The position numbers and the translations under genes were made by a program. Shown in pieces: positions 13,426-26,395 of a stretch of DNA of 64,000 nt (positions are counted from its first letter, which is position 1; each line of letters begins with the position of its first letter). Location: NCBI GenBank assembly GCA_013239625.1, contig MU056737.1, positions 4,729,846 to 4,793,845 on the forward strand, written 5' to 3'. The notes under the pieces were generated by a model that saw only the letters and a list, made by a program, of their open reading frames with translations, was not told the origin of the DNA and ran no database searches. The stretch comes from Lama guanicoe (Eukaryota).

Positions 13426-14984
13426 GAGGGTGCCCGCCAGGCTGGCCGTCAGGACCCAGGGCTGGGGGATACCGGGGATAGCACCGAGAAGAGGCTCGGG
13501 GGTCGGGGCATAGCCAGCGACAGCCGGCACGGGACCGACAGAAGAGCTGTGCCGAGGTCCCGAAGGGTCTGCCTTCACGCCCCAGGGGTCCGCCCTGCCG
13601 CTGCGTCCCAGCAGTGTGAGCCTGGGGCGGCTCTACTGAGACGGAGACTCCTAGCCTGGTTCCTCCGCCCTCGGGGCTTCCCGCTCACCTTGGCCTCTGG
13701 GCCCAGAAGGCAGGGAGCTGACGGGGCGCAGCAGCTGGAGGCGCCCCCGCGCCCCCGCCCCTCCCGCCGGCCGCCTGAGCTCGGGTGGAGCTCTCGCCAG
13801 CTCCGCAGTGACCTCCGCGCTCTTGGAGGCTCCGGTCAGGAAGAAGCCTCACAAAGACACCAACTTCCGTCAAGTCGTGGCAGAGCCGCCACCGGGAGGG
13901 GACGAGCCGGAACTGGTGTCCTAAGTGAGCCCCCCGTGGGCGCTCCCTGCAACCCAGGAGCGTGGCCGTGGCCAGTGCGAGGTTGGGCCGGAGCACCCAG
14001 CAGCGGGGCCACAAAGCAGGGTGGGGGGCTGGCACCCCGAAACACAGGGGTGCCACTGTCTGAGGCGCTGCATTCCTGCACCAGGTCTACCTGGCCTGTC
14101 ACGAGCCCCCACTCAGCTTGGTCCACGGGTTCTGTCACCGCATCCAGGTCCAGTTTGAGAAAAGCCACCAGGAAAGGGTGAGACTGCAGACGGGCTGTCT
14201 GCACCGCCACCACGCCCGCTGCCCTCTGCTCCCGGGCCCCAGACTCAGGGCAGGGGCAGGCCCAAGCACAACAGGAACCAGGGCACAGCTTCCTGCTGGG
14301 ACCTGCAGCCCGGCCTCACTTCCCAGCCCGGGCCCCGGAGCCAGCAGGAAGCGAGAGGGAAGGCACTCCATCGTGTCTCAGAGCGGCAGAGCTGCTCCCG
14401 ACCTCCCACACTCACTTCGGGGGGCGTGGAGGGAAAAACCCAACTTTCTGCTCCTGTGAAACAGCCACATCAGCTTTCTGAAGTCTCTCCAGCTGGCTCT
14501 TGCCTCGTGAGGGTTTTCATAGATGTTTTTCACAAGAAGCCACTTAAAAAGGAAAAAGTAAGGTCCAAGTAGTCCTCAGAGAACGAGGTTTCCTCAGTCT
14601 GGGGGATCCAGCGGGAAACCTTGCTCGTGCATGGAGTGGAGTCACGGAGACCAAGAACGCTGGAAACCACTTTTCCACACCATTTCACACGTGCCACGCA
14701 AGGACTCTGTGTCATCATTCTGACACGTCTGCACACAAATGAGATGCTTTAAATTAGTAACATGTAACCCAGGCGTTCAGGCCCGCGGCCAGCAACGGAG
14801 CGCCCACAGCCTGAGGAACGGGCACAGGCCGCCCTGCCCGCTGCCCTGGCCGTGTGAAAACCCCTGCTGCCCTGAACGGGTAGCCAAGGTTGACCCCCAA
14901 GCCGCAGACACCAGATGTCACTACTGTGGGACTAAATACTTTGAAAGCTGCATTAGTTCGTGTTTCCACAAACTAATGAATACG

Positions 14985-15175
14985 ATGTGGGTCCACGTAA
15001 TTTGCCTGGGAGGTGATCCCAGGAAACAGTTGGAGGGAGGAGGGACGTGGGGACGTGAGGACAGGAAGGGAAGAGGCCGACCGCTGGGCAGGAGCGAACG
15101 TAGTGAGGGTGACAGGCCAGTCCCGCCGGGGTCCTCTGAGACAAGAACGGGCCCGCGTGTCGTCCAACCCCAGGG
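14985..15175. mobile_element. ERVL LTR fragment (LTR33-like)
   Basis: Signature tttgcctgggaggtgatcccaggaaacag...gtggggacgtgaggacaggaagggaag. Confidence 0.55.
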
Positions 15176-15182
15176 CCTGCGC

Positions 15183-15196
15183 CCAGCAGAGGGCGC
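15183..15196 (+). promoter_or_regulatory. Candidate CTCF site
   Basis: CCAGCAGAGGGCGC matches the CTCF core CCASYAGRKGGCRS at every position; binding is not shown. Confidence 0.5.
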
Positions 15197-18100
15197 TCTC
15201 GCTGCCCAGCCGGGTGCCCGCTGGTGGGTGCTGGGCGCTCCTGCGTGTCCTGCTCGCCGCTCTCCGTCTGGGGTGTCCTCCAGATGCTCTATTATACAGT
15301 CTCCAGACTGGGTCTCATTCTGTGATTTTCTGCCAGATTTCTTCAAAGCTCACGAGCCAACTGCCGTATGCCCGCCACCCTCAGCCCCCGACAGCCTCTG
15401 CGAGGGTCAAAACGCAGAACAAAACTGCCAGCTGAGCTGAGAGCTGGCCGCTGGCCTGGGGAGGAAGAGAGGGGCTCAGAGCCAAAGCTCCTCTTGGGAC
15501 CCGCTCCCCAGCGGCCTGCACCTGCTCCCGCCCGCAGGAGAAGCTGTGTGGAGATGTGCTGGTGTGAGCGCCCAGCCTGGGGGACTCGGGACTCTGTCCT
15601 CCCCACCAGCCTGTCCACTCTGTGCCGCTGGCTCCCGCAATGAGTGTCCCTCTGCACCACACTTCAGCCTGAGTTCCCGTCGGACTTCCCCATCACCACT
15701 GCCCGAGTTATAACCCCTGTAGGACGTCCCAGGTGGCCCTCTGTGGGACACCAGGGCCCAGGCCGGTCTTGCCCCCTCCACAGGGCGCAGACCAAGTTGG
15801 AAGGACGGTCTCACCTGCCTGACGCTGCAGTTCCCTGGACAGCGCCCTCCTGGACACCCCAGGCCAGTCCTTCACGGGGGCAGGGTACCTGCCCGGACCG
15901 CTGGGCCCTGAGTCACCCCACTGGCCAGCCCTGTCCTGCTCCAGGCCTCAGAGACGGTGTGGCTCCTGTCCGCACCCTAGGCCTTGGAGAGTCCTGCCAG
16001 GACGGGCGGACCTGTCCGAGGGCGGCGGCGGAGGGCTGTGTAGCGGCGCAGCGCGGTGGGGCCCGGGGGCCGGACAGAAAGCTGGCTTCGGACGTAGGAC
16101 TGGCCCAGAGACAAGAGAGAGGAGTGGAGGGACCGTGATAGCTCTGACAGGAGAATGAAAGCATGCGGGCCCGAGAAGTCCAGGGAAACGAGCGTTTTGA
16201 AGCAGGAGCCGCTGGTGTGCCAGTCTCCGCCTTCCCTTGCCAGCCGACGCCACCCTTTGAAGATGGGTGCTTGCGGGAGCAGCTTCCCCCAGAGGAAGCT
16301 CTTGAAAGGCAGTTCAAAGAGTTATTATTTTTTTTAAATGTCACATTAGTGGAGGCTCCAGCAACAGTGAGCCAGTTTCGGTTTCTGGGCTGAGAAGTGC
16401 ACTCTGCACATTTGATCTTAAACTGTTATTTCCTTCCTAATTGCCGGGAGGACCTTTAGATGGCGGGGGGCGGGGAAGCCAGAGACGTCAAGACAAAGAA
16501 GCAGGGAGTCTGCGGGGCTGGGAGGGGGGCCTTTTGGTGCTGCCAGGGAGCCCTGCTGTCCTGGGGGAGGGGGCGCCGACCTGTCACCCGCTGTGGTGCT
16601 CGAGGGACCCCGGCCAGTTCTGCCGGAATCTCTGGAACAGTCGGGTGACATCTGTAAACATCCCACATGTTGTTCAGTCATCACGTCTATTCATTTCTAC
16701 TAAACCATCTTTTAAGATAAATTAAAACAATAATACATCAAAAATGGTATTTTAAAATATAAACATCGGGGCTTTGCGGCATTCTCCTCAGCTCTACAAA
16801 GCACTGCTTCTTCATGCGGTTTCACGTCCCGCCCAGGAGCGAAGCGGAGTGCCGCTGGGTCAGCGTAAATAAATCTCCTTTTCCTGTGAGACGAGCACCC
16901 CTCCAACCCCGTTTTCCAGAAATCCTGGTTCGCAGAGGCCACCTGTGCACTAGAACAGCTCTGGGATGTGCTCGCTGACGCTGCAGAGCCCGGAACTCCC
17001 CCTCCCAGCATGTCGCTTCACCGCCGAATAAGCGACCTCTTTCTGCAATAAATATCCTGAATTTATGTCAGATCATAAGTACTTTGGTGGAGAAAAGCAA
17101 TACTAAATACTACAGCCAAAGGTTAGTCATGTTTGTGATACTTGAGATCCCTTGCAGCTGGAAACCCATCACGAAACGTGAGACAGGCTCACATCTTCTC
17201 CGCAGGGAGCAATTTCTGGATCTAATCAGAGGACCGGGAGGCCCTGCCAGTAATTTTTAAACCGCATCAACTCTTCTAAAGGCAAAAACCAGGAATGCAC
17301 TGCCAGCCCATCTCAGACCCCTTGAGAAAAGCAGCCCCTCGGTTCTGCACAGACAGCGCACAGCGGGGGTTACTCAAGCACTCGAAGAAACGGTCTCCGG
17401 AGCAGATCCCTGCTTCAGACATCCCGGTCTTTTCAGTTTTAAGCGGCAGCGCACAAAGCAGGAAGGAGAGATGGGGAGGGTGAGGGCAGCGCTGCCTTGG
17501 GCCCCGTGGGGCAGCGCGCTGCCGGCCTGGGCTCCAGAGGCCCCGGCGGGACACTCCCAGACAACACTGCTGAGAAAGTCCAAAACTCGGTGCAATTTTC
17601 GGCAACAGAAAGTGGCCTTTGCCTACGTCTAAGGCGAGCCAGTGGTCAGCGAAACCCAGAAAACAAGAGAAAAACACGCCAATTTTGACAAACGCGTCCT
17701 CTAACCACGGGGTCAGCTGCCAGGCCGTCAGCCTGCCGGCTGTGCCCCCAGCGCTAGGGCGCCTCTGTCCTGGGTTGTATGACGTGTACCCCTTCCATAT
17801 GCTGGTGCCCAGTGCACTGCTGCTACTGACGGCCGCTTGGTGGGGGAAACTGGGGAACTGCTGGGATTAAGCTAAGGGCTTCCCTGGGGCATCTCTGAGC
17901 GCAGGCGCGGTGCTGGGCAGCATGGAGGGTCAGAGCAGAGGACCCAGCCGTTCCCAACGGCACGAGGACTGGTTAGAGGTGCAGCAGGACCGCAGGGCAG
18001 TGACATTTCCTGCAGAGCTGGGTCCATGTGCTGGGTCAGCACAACATCTAAGAAGAGTCTACGTGACTTGGCTTAAACATGCTGCTCACCAGTCTCGGTC

Positions 18101-18989
18101 AGTGCGTGTGCGACAGGTGGGGCTCCTGGTCTGAGGAACACAGAGCTCCTCAGGCACTAACAAACACAAGAGGTGTGTGGTGCGCACGCCTGCACACGGG
18201 GTTCACGGCTCCTCCCGGCCCTAAGCTGTCATGTGTGAACAAAAGAAATAACTTAAAAGATGCCACAGCTCTGAGTCCCGGGGGAGGAATGACCGCAGGG
18301 CACTCAGTGGGGTGTCCTCCCTGTGCAAACATCCGACTGATGCCAAGAGGATGAGGGCCCACAGAGCTAGCCAAGTGTCAGGGTCACTGCTTCAGTTTTT
18401 AATAAAAACCCTACTTTTCCAGAGAACACATCTTTAATACAGGGCCTGATGTCTTTTGGCTCATGGGTCTGTGAGTTGGAATTAAATTGCGTGACTGACT
18501 CACATTAGAAATCCACAAAATTAATTTATTGCCACAAACCAAAGGGATCATTTAAATGTGCTTCCTGCCTAGAATATCAGGTTCATACTTTCGTAAATAC
18601 CTGAGTCTGAGCTCAAATGGGTGGGAATATGACAGAGACGTCGCACCTGAGCTAGGGCCTGGACAGGCAGCCACTCAGAGCACACAGGTGTGGCTGAGAC
18701 TGGCATCCAGGGAGCAAGTAGAGGTTGAAGGAGCTGTGAGATGCTCCAGGGTCTGCACTTCTGGCCTTCACAGCACTCGTGTGGGGAGACGGGACCACAC
18801 CAGGCAGCATCAGGTTTCCAGACTCGAGCACACGGGGACATGCACATCCCAGGACTGCAGTGCCCATTCCCGCCACGAGCACAACGGTGTGTCATAACTG
18901 TGCAAGCATGAAATGCTTGCCTTTGGCCTTAAATATGAATCCACACAGGTGAATCTCATAAACTAACGACAGGGCAGTGAGTGGATAAG

Positions 18990-21857
18990 AGACTTCAAAG
19001 AAAGTATATTTATAGAACAAAATCAGAATCAGAGTACGGAGAAATAACCTCTAGAGAAAAATGCCTGTAATACCTATAGATGAAAGATGAAAAAGTCAAA
19101 TCAAGTAATGCTTTACAGTAGCAACAGTTGATGCTTTCAAAGCACGCTAAGCGGTAAAAAGCATCACAAGGGAGTGCTGTGAGCAAGCATCTGCCGGCAA
19201 CCTGGACAACCCAAAGAAGCGCACGAGGTCCTAGAGCAGACCCCCTGCCAGGGTTAAACCACAGAGAGACACAAAATGTGAACAGACCTGCAACTAGTAA
19301 GAAGACTGAATCAGTGAACAAAACCTCCCGACAACAAGAAAAGCCCCGGACCAGATTTAAACCAAACTCTTACCAAACTCCTCCTAAAAACTAAAACAGA
19401 AGGAACACTTTCTAACTCATTCTATGAGGCCAAGTAATCCCAATCTCAAAGCCACATAAAGACACTACAAGAAGAGAAAACATAGACCAGCATCCCTTAC
19501 AAATATTGATGTATAAATTCTCAACAACATGCTCGCAAGCATCATTCAGCAGGATGTTAAAAGAATTATACACTGTGACCAAGTGATACTTACACCTGGA
19601 ATTCAGGGACGGTTCAACATACAGAAATCAATCAATGTAACACTTTAACAAAATAAAGAGAAAAAACACATGATCATAACAACTGATGCAAAAAAACAAA
19701 AGCATTTGACAAAAGTCAACACCTTTTCACAATAAGAAACACTCAACGAATGAGGAGCAGAAGTAATCCACCTCAACAAAACAAAGGCCAGACGTGAAAA
19801 GCCCACGGCAGCACACACGCAGGGGTGGAAGGCGGGAAGACTTTCTCCACGATCGAGGACAAGGCACGGGTGCTCACTCTTACTGCTTCCATTAAACGTA
19901 GCACTGGAAGTTCTAGCCAGAGCACTTAGGTAAGAAAAGGAAGTAGAAGTCATCTAAACTGGAAAGGAAGAAGGAAGATTACCTCTGTTTGCAGGTGACA
20001 TGATGCTATAAGGAGACAAACCTAAAACTTCCACAAAAAATGTTGGAACTAATACATGACTTCAATAGAATTACAGAGGACAAAATCTACAAGCAGAAAT
20101 CAGCTGTGTTTCTATACAGCAACAATGAACAATCTGNNNNNNNNNNNNNNNNNNNNNNNNNNNNNNNNNNNNNNNNNNNNNNNNNNNNNNNNNNNNNNNN
20201 NNNNNNNNNNNNNNNNNNNNNNNNNNNNNNNNNNNNNNNNNNNNNNNNNNNNNNNNNNNNNNNNNNNNNNNNNNNNNNNNNNNNNNNNNNNNNNNNNNNN
20301 NNNNNNNGCTAAGATGTCAATACTACAGAAAGCAACCTACAGACCCAGCGCTGTCCCCATCAAAATCACACTGACATTCTCTGCAGAGCCCCCATTTTTT
20401 TGCAGCGCCCAATTTAGGAAAAATCCACACTGAAATTTATATGGAATCTGGGAAGACTCTAATTAGCCAAAACAAACTTGGAAGAGAGTGACAAAGCTGG
20501 AGGATTCACACTGCATGGTTTCGAAACTTACTGCAAAGCAACAACAATCAAAGCAACGTGGTGTTGAAACAAAGACAGAGACACAGCACAGCAGACAGAG
20601 CAGAGCCCCCAGGATTAAACGCTCACATACACAGTCGGGTAATTTCTGACAAATGTGCCGAGACCATTCAGGGCAAGGACAACCTCTCCAGCAAATGGTG
20701 CCGGGACAACTTGACATCCACAAGAGAAAGGAGAAAACTGAACCTGCACTGCACTTAATATACAAAAATGAACTCAAATGGACCAAAGACCTAACTGTAA
20801 GACGTAAAACTGTAAAACTCCTAGAAGAAAACATAGGAGGAAGTCTTCACAGCGTTGGATTTAGCAATGATTTCTTGGATATGACACCAAAAGCAGAGGT
20901 AACAAAAGAATAAAAGAGTAAACTGGACTTCACCAGAATTTTGTGAATCAAAGGACATCATCAAGAAAGTGAAAAGCTACCCCACAGAATGGGACAAACA
21001 CTTTCAAATCCCGTATCTTGTGAGAGACTAATATACAAAGAATTCTTAGACTCAGTTAAAAAAAAACACCAATTAAAACTGGGCAAAAGACCTGAACAGT
21101 CGTTTCTCCAAAGAAGACACAGAAATGGTCACCAACACACGAGAAGACGCTCAGCACCGCTAACCGTTAGGGGAATGCAAATTGAAACCACAATGAGACA
21201 CAACCTCACAGTCCCGAGGATGACTGTTAGCCAAAAAGCCCGCAAAAGGATGTGCTGGCGAAGATGTGGAGAAAACTACAGCCCTATGCATTGCTCACGG
21301 GAAAATAAAACTGTGCAGCCGCTATGTAAAACGGCATGGCAGCTCCTAAAAAAAGTGCTAAAATTGCTGGACTTGTTAAATTATCACATGAATTGTTTTA
21401 TTATAAAGCACTGAATTACCATATGATCCAGCACTCACACTTCTGAGTATACACCCCAAAGAACTGAAAGCAGGCATTCAGAAAGAGGCTTACACACCCA
21501 CGCTTCCAGCAGCAACCAAGAGGTGAGACGACCTAAATGCCACTGACGGAGAAACAAAAATCGAGGTCCGCCTCTAGAGAGGAACAGTGTTCGGCCTCAA
21601 GAGGACGGGAGTCCCGACACCTGCTACCATGTGGGAGAACCTTGCGGACAGGACACTGAGCAACAAGCCAGACACAGAAGGACCGACACTCTGTGATTCC
21701 ACGCACACGAGGTCCTGAGGGTCGTCCCATCCACAGAGACGGAGAGCAGCATGGGGGGTCCAGGGGCTGGGGGAAGGGCGGGGAATTAGTGTTTGATGGG
21801 GACAGAGCTTCAGTTCTGCAAGATGAGGAAATTCTGGAGAAGACGGTGGTGATGGGC
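18990..21857 (+). mobile_element. L1 ORF2 remnant plus 3' UTR (L1MB-like), non-coding, spanning an assembly gap
   Basis: Extensive ORF2 similarity (aacactttctaactcattctatgaggcca, aaagcatttgacaaaa, ctggaagttctagccagagca, aaaactcctagaagaaaacatagg; remnant KNELKWTKDLTVRRKTVKLLEENIG) with stops and frameshifts; the 3' end gtgtttgatggggacagagcttcagtt...gaaattctggaga is L1MB-type. Confidence 0.92.
20137..20307. other. Assembly gap (171 N)
   Basis: Run of n inside the L1. Confidence 1.
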
Positions 21858-21864
21858 TCTGGCT

Positions 21865-22075
21865 CTTGTTAGAGCGGCAGGGAAGACTTCACTCAGGTGT
21901 GCTGTGGCGGGGAGGTGGGGGCTCAGCTCTGAACACAGCAGCGACAGCTGGGCATTTACAGCCACGAGCAGAGTGGGGTCAAGGGGTGGAAAGTCACAGA
22001 GAGACGACAGCAGGGGGAGACCAGGGAGATCAGATACCAGGGCAGGGGAGGAGTCTGAGTGACTCTCTCCTTAAT
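21865..22075. mobile_element. ERV1-class LTR fragment (MER31-like)
   Basis: gacagctgggcatttacagccacgagcagagtggggtcaaggggtggaaagtcac resembles the MER31-type LTR; it abuts the truncated L1 end. Confidence 0.4.
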
Positions 22076-23647
22076 TTACCTGAAGTGTTTATAAATCCTG
22101 TCCATATGTCTGTGTCCTGCCGGGACAGGCCAAGGGCCCCGGAATCCCAAGACATGGCCACTGCCTGACCTGGACGCGCTGCAGGGCCCGGGGCCTCGTC
22201 ACCAGGGAATAAAGCTCGTCTGTGGAATCACCATCCCCTGGCTCCTGGGCCCCCGATCCCGCTGCACTCGGAGTGTCCATGCTGATTCAGAGAACCATTC
22301 ATAACCCACAAGCCTGGCCATCACTGACCGGTGCTTTAAACTCTGTCTGTGGATCAGCATGAGTGGCCCAGTGTATCTGCGTGTTTCCTGGTTGTGAGGG
22401 TACCGTGGCACTGGGAGGGTGAGATGTGAATTTAAATCACACGTTTGCGAGCGGGGCAGGGGGGTCACTCCCCTCCAGCTTCCTGTCCCGTGGAGTTGAC
22501 CAAAGGCAGGATGTTCCGGAACACACCCTGACAGCGGGACTGTGAGGCCTGGCACCAGCAGGCTTGTTTTCAAGGGCACGTTCCGTCATGAGAAATTAGA
22601 GGACGTGCTGGTTGAACCCCGAAGCTCGGGGCTGTTCCCTTCATATTTGGGCAATATTTGGCACGTGGTTACTTCACATATGTTAAGACCACAGGCTCCC
22701 TTCGGTCAGGGCCTGTTTGTGGCGTCTGTACCGCCTGGCATCCAGCACCTGTGATGGGGGGAGCCCTGGGGGCGGGTGGGGTGGGAAGGGGCACAGTTCA
22801 CTGCGGACGTGGGGAAAGTTCCAGATGACGCCCTCAGGAGCCATCTCAGCCACGGCCTGAAGGGACTCACGTGGGTTGACTGGACGGGTCTGTTTTTGGG
22901 AGAAACTGCTATTATCCAACCGGCATGTAGTGTGGACGTGGAGTCCGACACACCGTGGATGGTGGGATGGACCCCACTCGCAGGGACAGGTCCCAGCCTC
23001 TGTCTCTGAAAGAGGGGTGATATGCCCACCCCCGGGCTGGCCTTCGGGGTTAACGCACGCAAGGCACTCGGCCCGCATTCAGCAGACGCCCCGCACCTCC
23101 TAGGCCGTGGTGGGTGGTGAGTGTGGCCATGTGGGCAGAGCTGCAGCCCAGGGTGTGCGACCCCCGCCCGAGTCCAGGGGGCGAGGGGGGACGAGAACAG
23201 GACCCGGTAGCCCTGCCACCCAGGAGGGGGAAGGCGGGAACCCCGGAACCAGCCTCTCAACGAGGCCTCTGACCATCTGTGGACTTTGCTTACCGAAAAC
23301 ATCCCTGTGTTCCAGGACTAGGATAACTAAGAATCTATCTGGTTTTACCGTTTCTCCTCAAGCACTACGGCCGTGGTGGAGACGCAGTTCTCAGAAGGAA
23401 CGACCGGGGTGCGTGTTAAAGACGTCAGCTCAGCCGCTAAGCAGCCCATTAGCTTGGATTCAATCACCTCACATCTCCTCCCAGAACGTGTCCCACAGAC
23501 GGGAGGAATCCCTGCAGAACCCCCACCTAGCCAGCAGCGGCCCCGCCCCGGAGCTGGGAAGGCTCCCACCCTCCTTCCCAGGGCCCTGGGACCCCTGCCG
23601 GCTGGGACCACCCTCATTCAGCACCGGCAGAGAAGGCCACGGCTTGG

Positions 23648-23743
23648 GTTTCTGGTTTTGCTTTAAACGGAGGTGGTGGGGGCTGAACCCAGAACGTCAC
23701 GTATGCTAAGCACACGCTCTGCCACTGAGCTGTACGCGCCCCC
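23648..23743 (-). mobile_element. tRNA-derived SINE, camelid type (Vic-1-like), diverged
   Basis: Reverse strand gives gggggcgcgtacagctcagtggcagagcgtgtgcttagcatacgtgacgttctgggttcagcccc, with pol III A and B boxes and an A-rich tail. Confidence 0.75.
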
Positions 23744-26066
23744 TATTTTTAGTCCATGTTTAAGAGGCCAAATCAGTATTAATTCTAGTCACTAAGTGGT
23801 CTCCATTTACCTTTCCAGTTTAATAGCAGTGGTTGCTAATCTGACAAAATGTGATTTCTATTATTAAATCCTATTTACATTACGTGCTTAAGTTCAAACA
23901 AAATACGTATTTCTAATGAAGACTGTTCTCATGGGGTCTTATCCCGTGTCCGTAAGAGGCTGTTAAGGGGCCAGCACGTGGGAGCTCGCCCTGCTCCTGT
24001 CCTTGCCTCGGCTGTGGCTTCCTATCCCCCCAGGTCCTTCGGGGACACCAAGTGGAGGGCTGCAGGGTGTGGGGCAGCCCCGGGGTCCTCTGCACCCTCG
24101 TTCCCACAAGGTCACCAGAACAGCCCGTGTGCACAGTAACGTCTCCTGAGGGGTTTGGGGGGGGCCAGACTCCACTGCCTGCTGCCGATTCGTTGGTCTG
24201 GGGTCTGGACATCCGTGTTTAAAAGGTCCCCCAGTTGATTCCTAAGTCCAGCCAGAGGTGAAGTCGCCGGCCTGGACGGGCCTGAGACGCCGAGATGGCT
24301 GCGGCCCTCACACCTGGCTCTGGGCCAGCACCGAAGAGTAAGGAGCCCTGGAGTGGGTCAGGACAGCCCACCTGGGGGCAGTCCGGGCTGGCGGGGAGCT
24401 GATCCATTTGGATTTAAACAGGCTACATTTGAAGCTTTCCACTCCTGTGGCTGTCTGCATGGTCAGCGGTCCACTCTGTGACCCCGTGCCAGACAGTGCG
24501 GCCCTGAGCACCTCCTCCACCTCACAGTCCCGAGCGGACCAGCTTCCGCGGGTGTCACCGTTACCACGTGCTCCGGCCCAGGACATGTAGCCAGGCTCGC
24601 CGGCGCCCCTGCAGCCCCTCCATCCTCAGCACGCTGTTCCCACCCGCCGGGCCGGCCCAAAGCGTGCATCTGTGAGACCCCCTCCCCACCCTGGCGGCAC
24701 CTCACGGCCGGTACTCCTGTGACCTCCTCCCCCAGCCCCAGACACGTGACCACACGTGGGTCTGGGATTGGATCTGCCGGTGGTTGTTCTCTGTAAGTCG
24801 GGTCACAACATGACGTATCTGCCACAGAGGGAGCCTCTGGAGGGGGTGCTGTGTCCCTGGGGACTGTCCCCCAACACTGGGACCTGCAGACACCCCATCT
24901 GCAGGTGACACATCCCCACACAACAGGAAGCTCAGGTCGCCTCCCAACCTCCAGGGTTGACAGAATGAGGAGGTGGGGGGATGGAAGAGGAGCTGTGCCT
25001 GTGGCCCCACTGTGTGCTAGACACTGACTTACTTAACGCTCACATATGAGCTGAGGGACACCACATTTCATCACTTCCAACTCACACAGTTTTTCACATT
25101 CTAACGTCTTTGATTTAAGGTGCATCTTACTATCGTCAACAGCAAGACATTTCTGGCACAGGGGCGCCTCTCTCCTGGTGGCACGTGAAGCAGGCGTGTC
25201 TCACCAGCCGTGCTGAGACTGGATGAACTGCAGCCTCCCAAATGCTCACATGAAGGTTGTGTCACTGCCCCAAGTTCACAGCTAAAAGCGGTGGCGCCAG
25301 CGTTCAGATCCAGGTCAGCCCCCGGGGAAAGCTGGCGTGCCTCCCCTACGAACCCCTGACAACGTGGGGACCACTCGTGCTGCCCCACCCCTGCTCTTCA
25401 AGCCTCTGGCCCCTGTGGTCCCGGGTCAGGGGTGATCGGGGCCAGAGACGTTCCCAGCTCTCAGATTCCCCAGCCCCATCCCTTCTGTCTCCCCCCGCGG
25501 AAGCCGCTGCCGAGCTCTGCCTCACGTGCAGCTCAACCTCCTGATGCTCAAAAACGTGAAGTCTCACTTCATGACTTTGAAGAATTCTGAGCCGGCTAAT
25601 TACCCAAACCTACAGCACATTTCCCAAAACTCGTCCTAAGGAAGAGGTGAGAAGCCCAGGCCCCCGGTGCCTCCGGAGCTGCTGCGTCCCTCCCGCAGGC
25701 GGGCACCGGGCGGAACCCCGGGACCGGCCTTCGCTGGGCCTGAGCTTTGCGGCCTTCCGCCGTGCAGACAGGGACGCTGGGTTAACTCGCAGGTGGGCAA
25801 CGGGAGGACCGCTTACCGGAGGGCCCGATTCCAACCCGAGAGCTCCCACAGCTGCCGCAACCCGCGGAGAAGGAGAAGAGAGCCCCTCAGCGTCTGAAAG
25901 CACGTTCCACCCACGACCCACGCGGCGATGCGCGGCTGGCTCCCGCGCCTTCCCGGAGAGCGGGGTCTGCGCCCGGCCCCTGACCCACCTCCTGCTCCCT
26001 GCCTGCCCCCACCACTGTCATCACCATTTCCAGAAGGCACTGGATTCTGAACAGCCCTGGTCTCAG

Positions 26067-26395
26067 TGCGTATCGGCCTCTCCAGCTGCGGTAACCGAAG
26101 ACCACAAACTTAGCACAGCACCGCCGCACTGGTCTGCAGGTGCGGCAGACTGTTCCCTCCGGAGGCTCCGGGCTGTTCCCATCTTCTCCAGGTCCCCTGC
26201 GTCCCTGGGCTCCAGGCCCTCCCTCCGCAGCGCGGCTCCCTCTGGCTGGCCCACGTGCTTACACCAGGGCTCTGCGCACAATCCTCCAGTTACCTGCATC
26301 GCAGCTGCAGAGTGCCGTGTGCCGTGACAGGCCACACCCTCACAGCTTCCGGCCAGCGGGTGAGGACACCACGTGGGGCGTGATTCTCCCCCCAG
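26067..26395 (-). mobile_element. MaLR solo LTR (MLT1D-like)
   Basis: gctgcggtaaccgaagaccacaaacttag at one end, gttccctccggaggctcc inside, gcagctgcagagtgcc...tcacagcttccgg...gattctcccc at the other end. Confidence 0.6.

Noticed and set aside
15826-15846. REST/RE1 site (also half-sites near 51960 and 53145)
   Set aside because: Only one half matches well in each case; key positions mismatch.
21355-21412. About 55-bp AT-rich insert in the L1 with agtgct/agcact ends, as a possible MITE
   Set aside because: The inverted repeat is only 6 bp and there is no clear target-site duplication.
18990-21857. Functional reverse transcriptase gene
   Set aside because: L1 ORF2 remnant with many stops, frameshifts and deletions.
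24743-24758. Tandem CACGTG E-boxes
   Set aside because: CACGTG is frequent across this CpG-rich window, and the 4-bp spacer fits neither ChoRE (5 bp) nor clock-type (6-7 bp) spacing.
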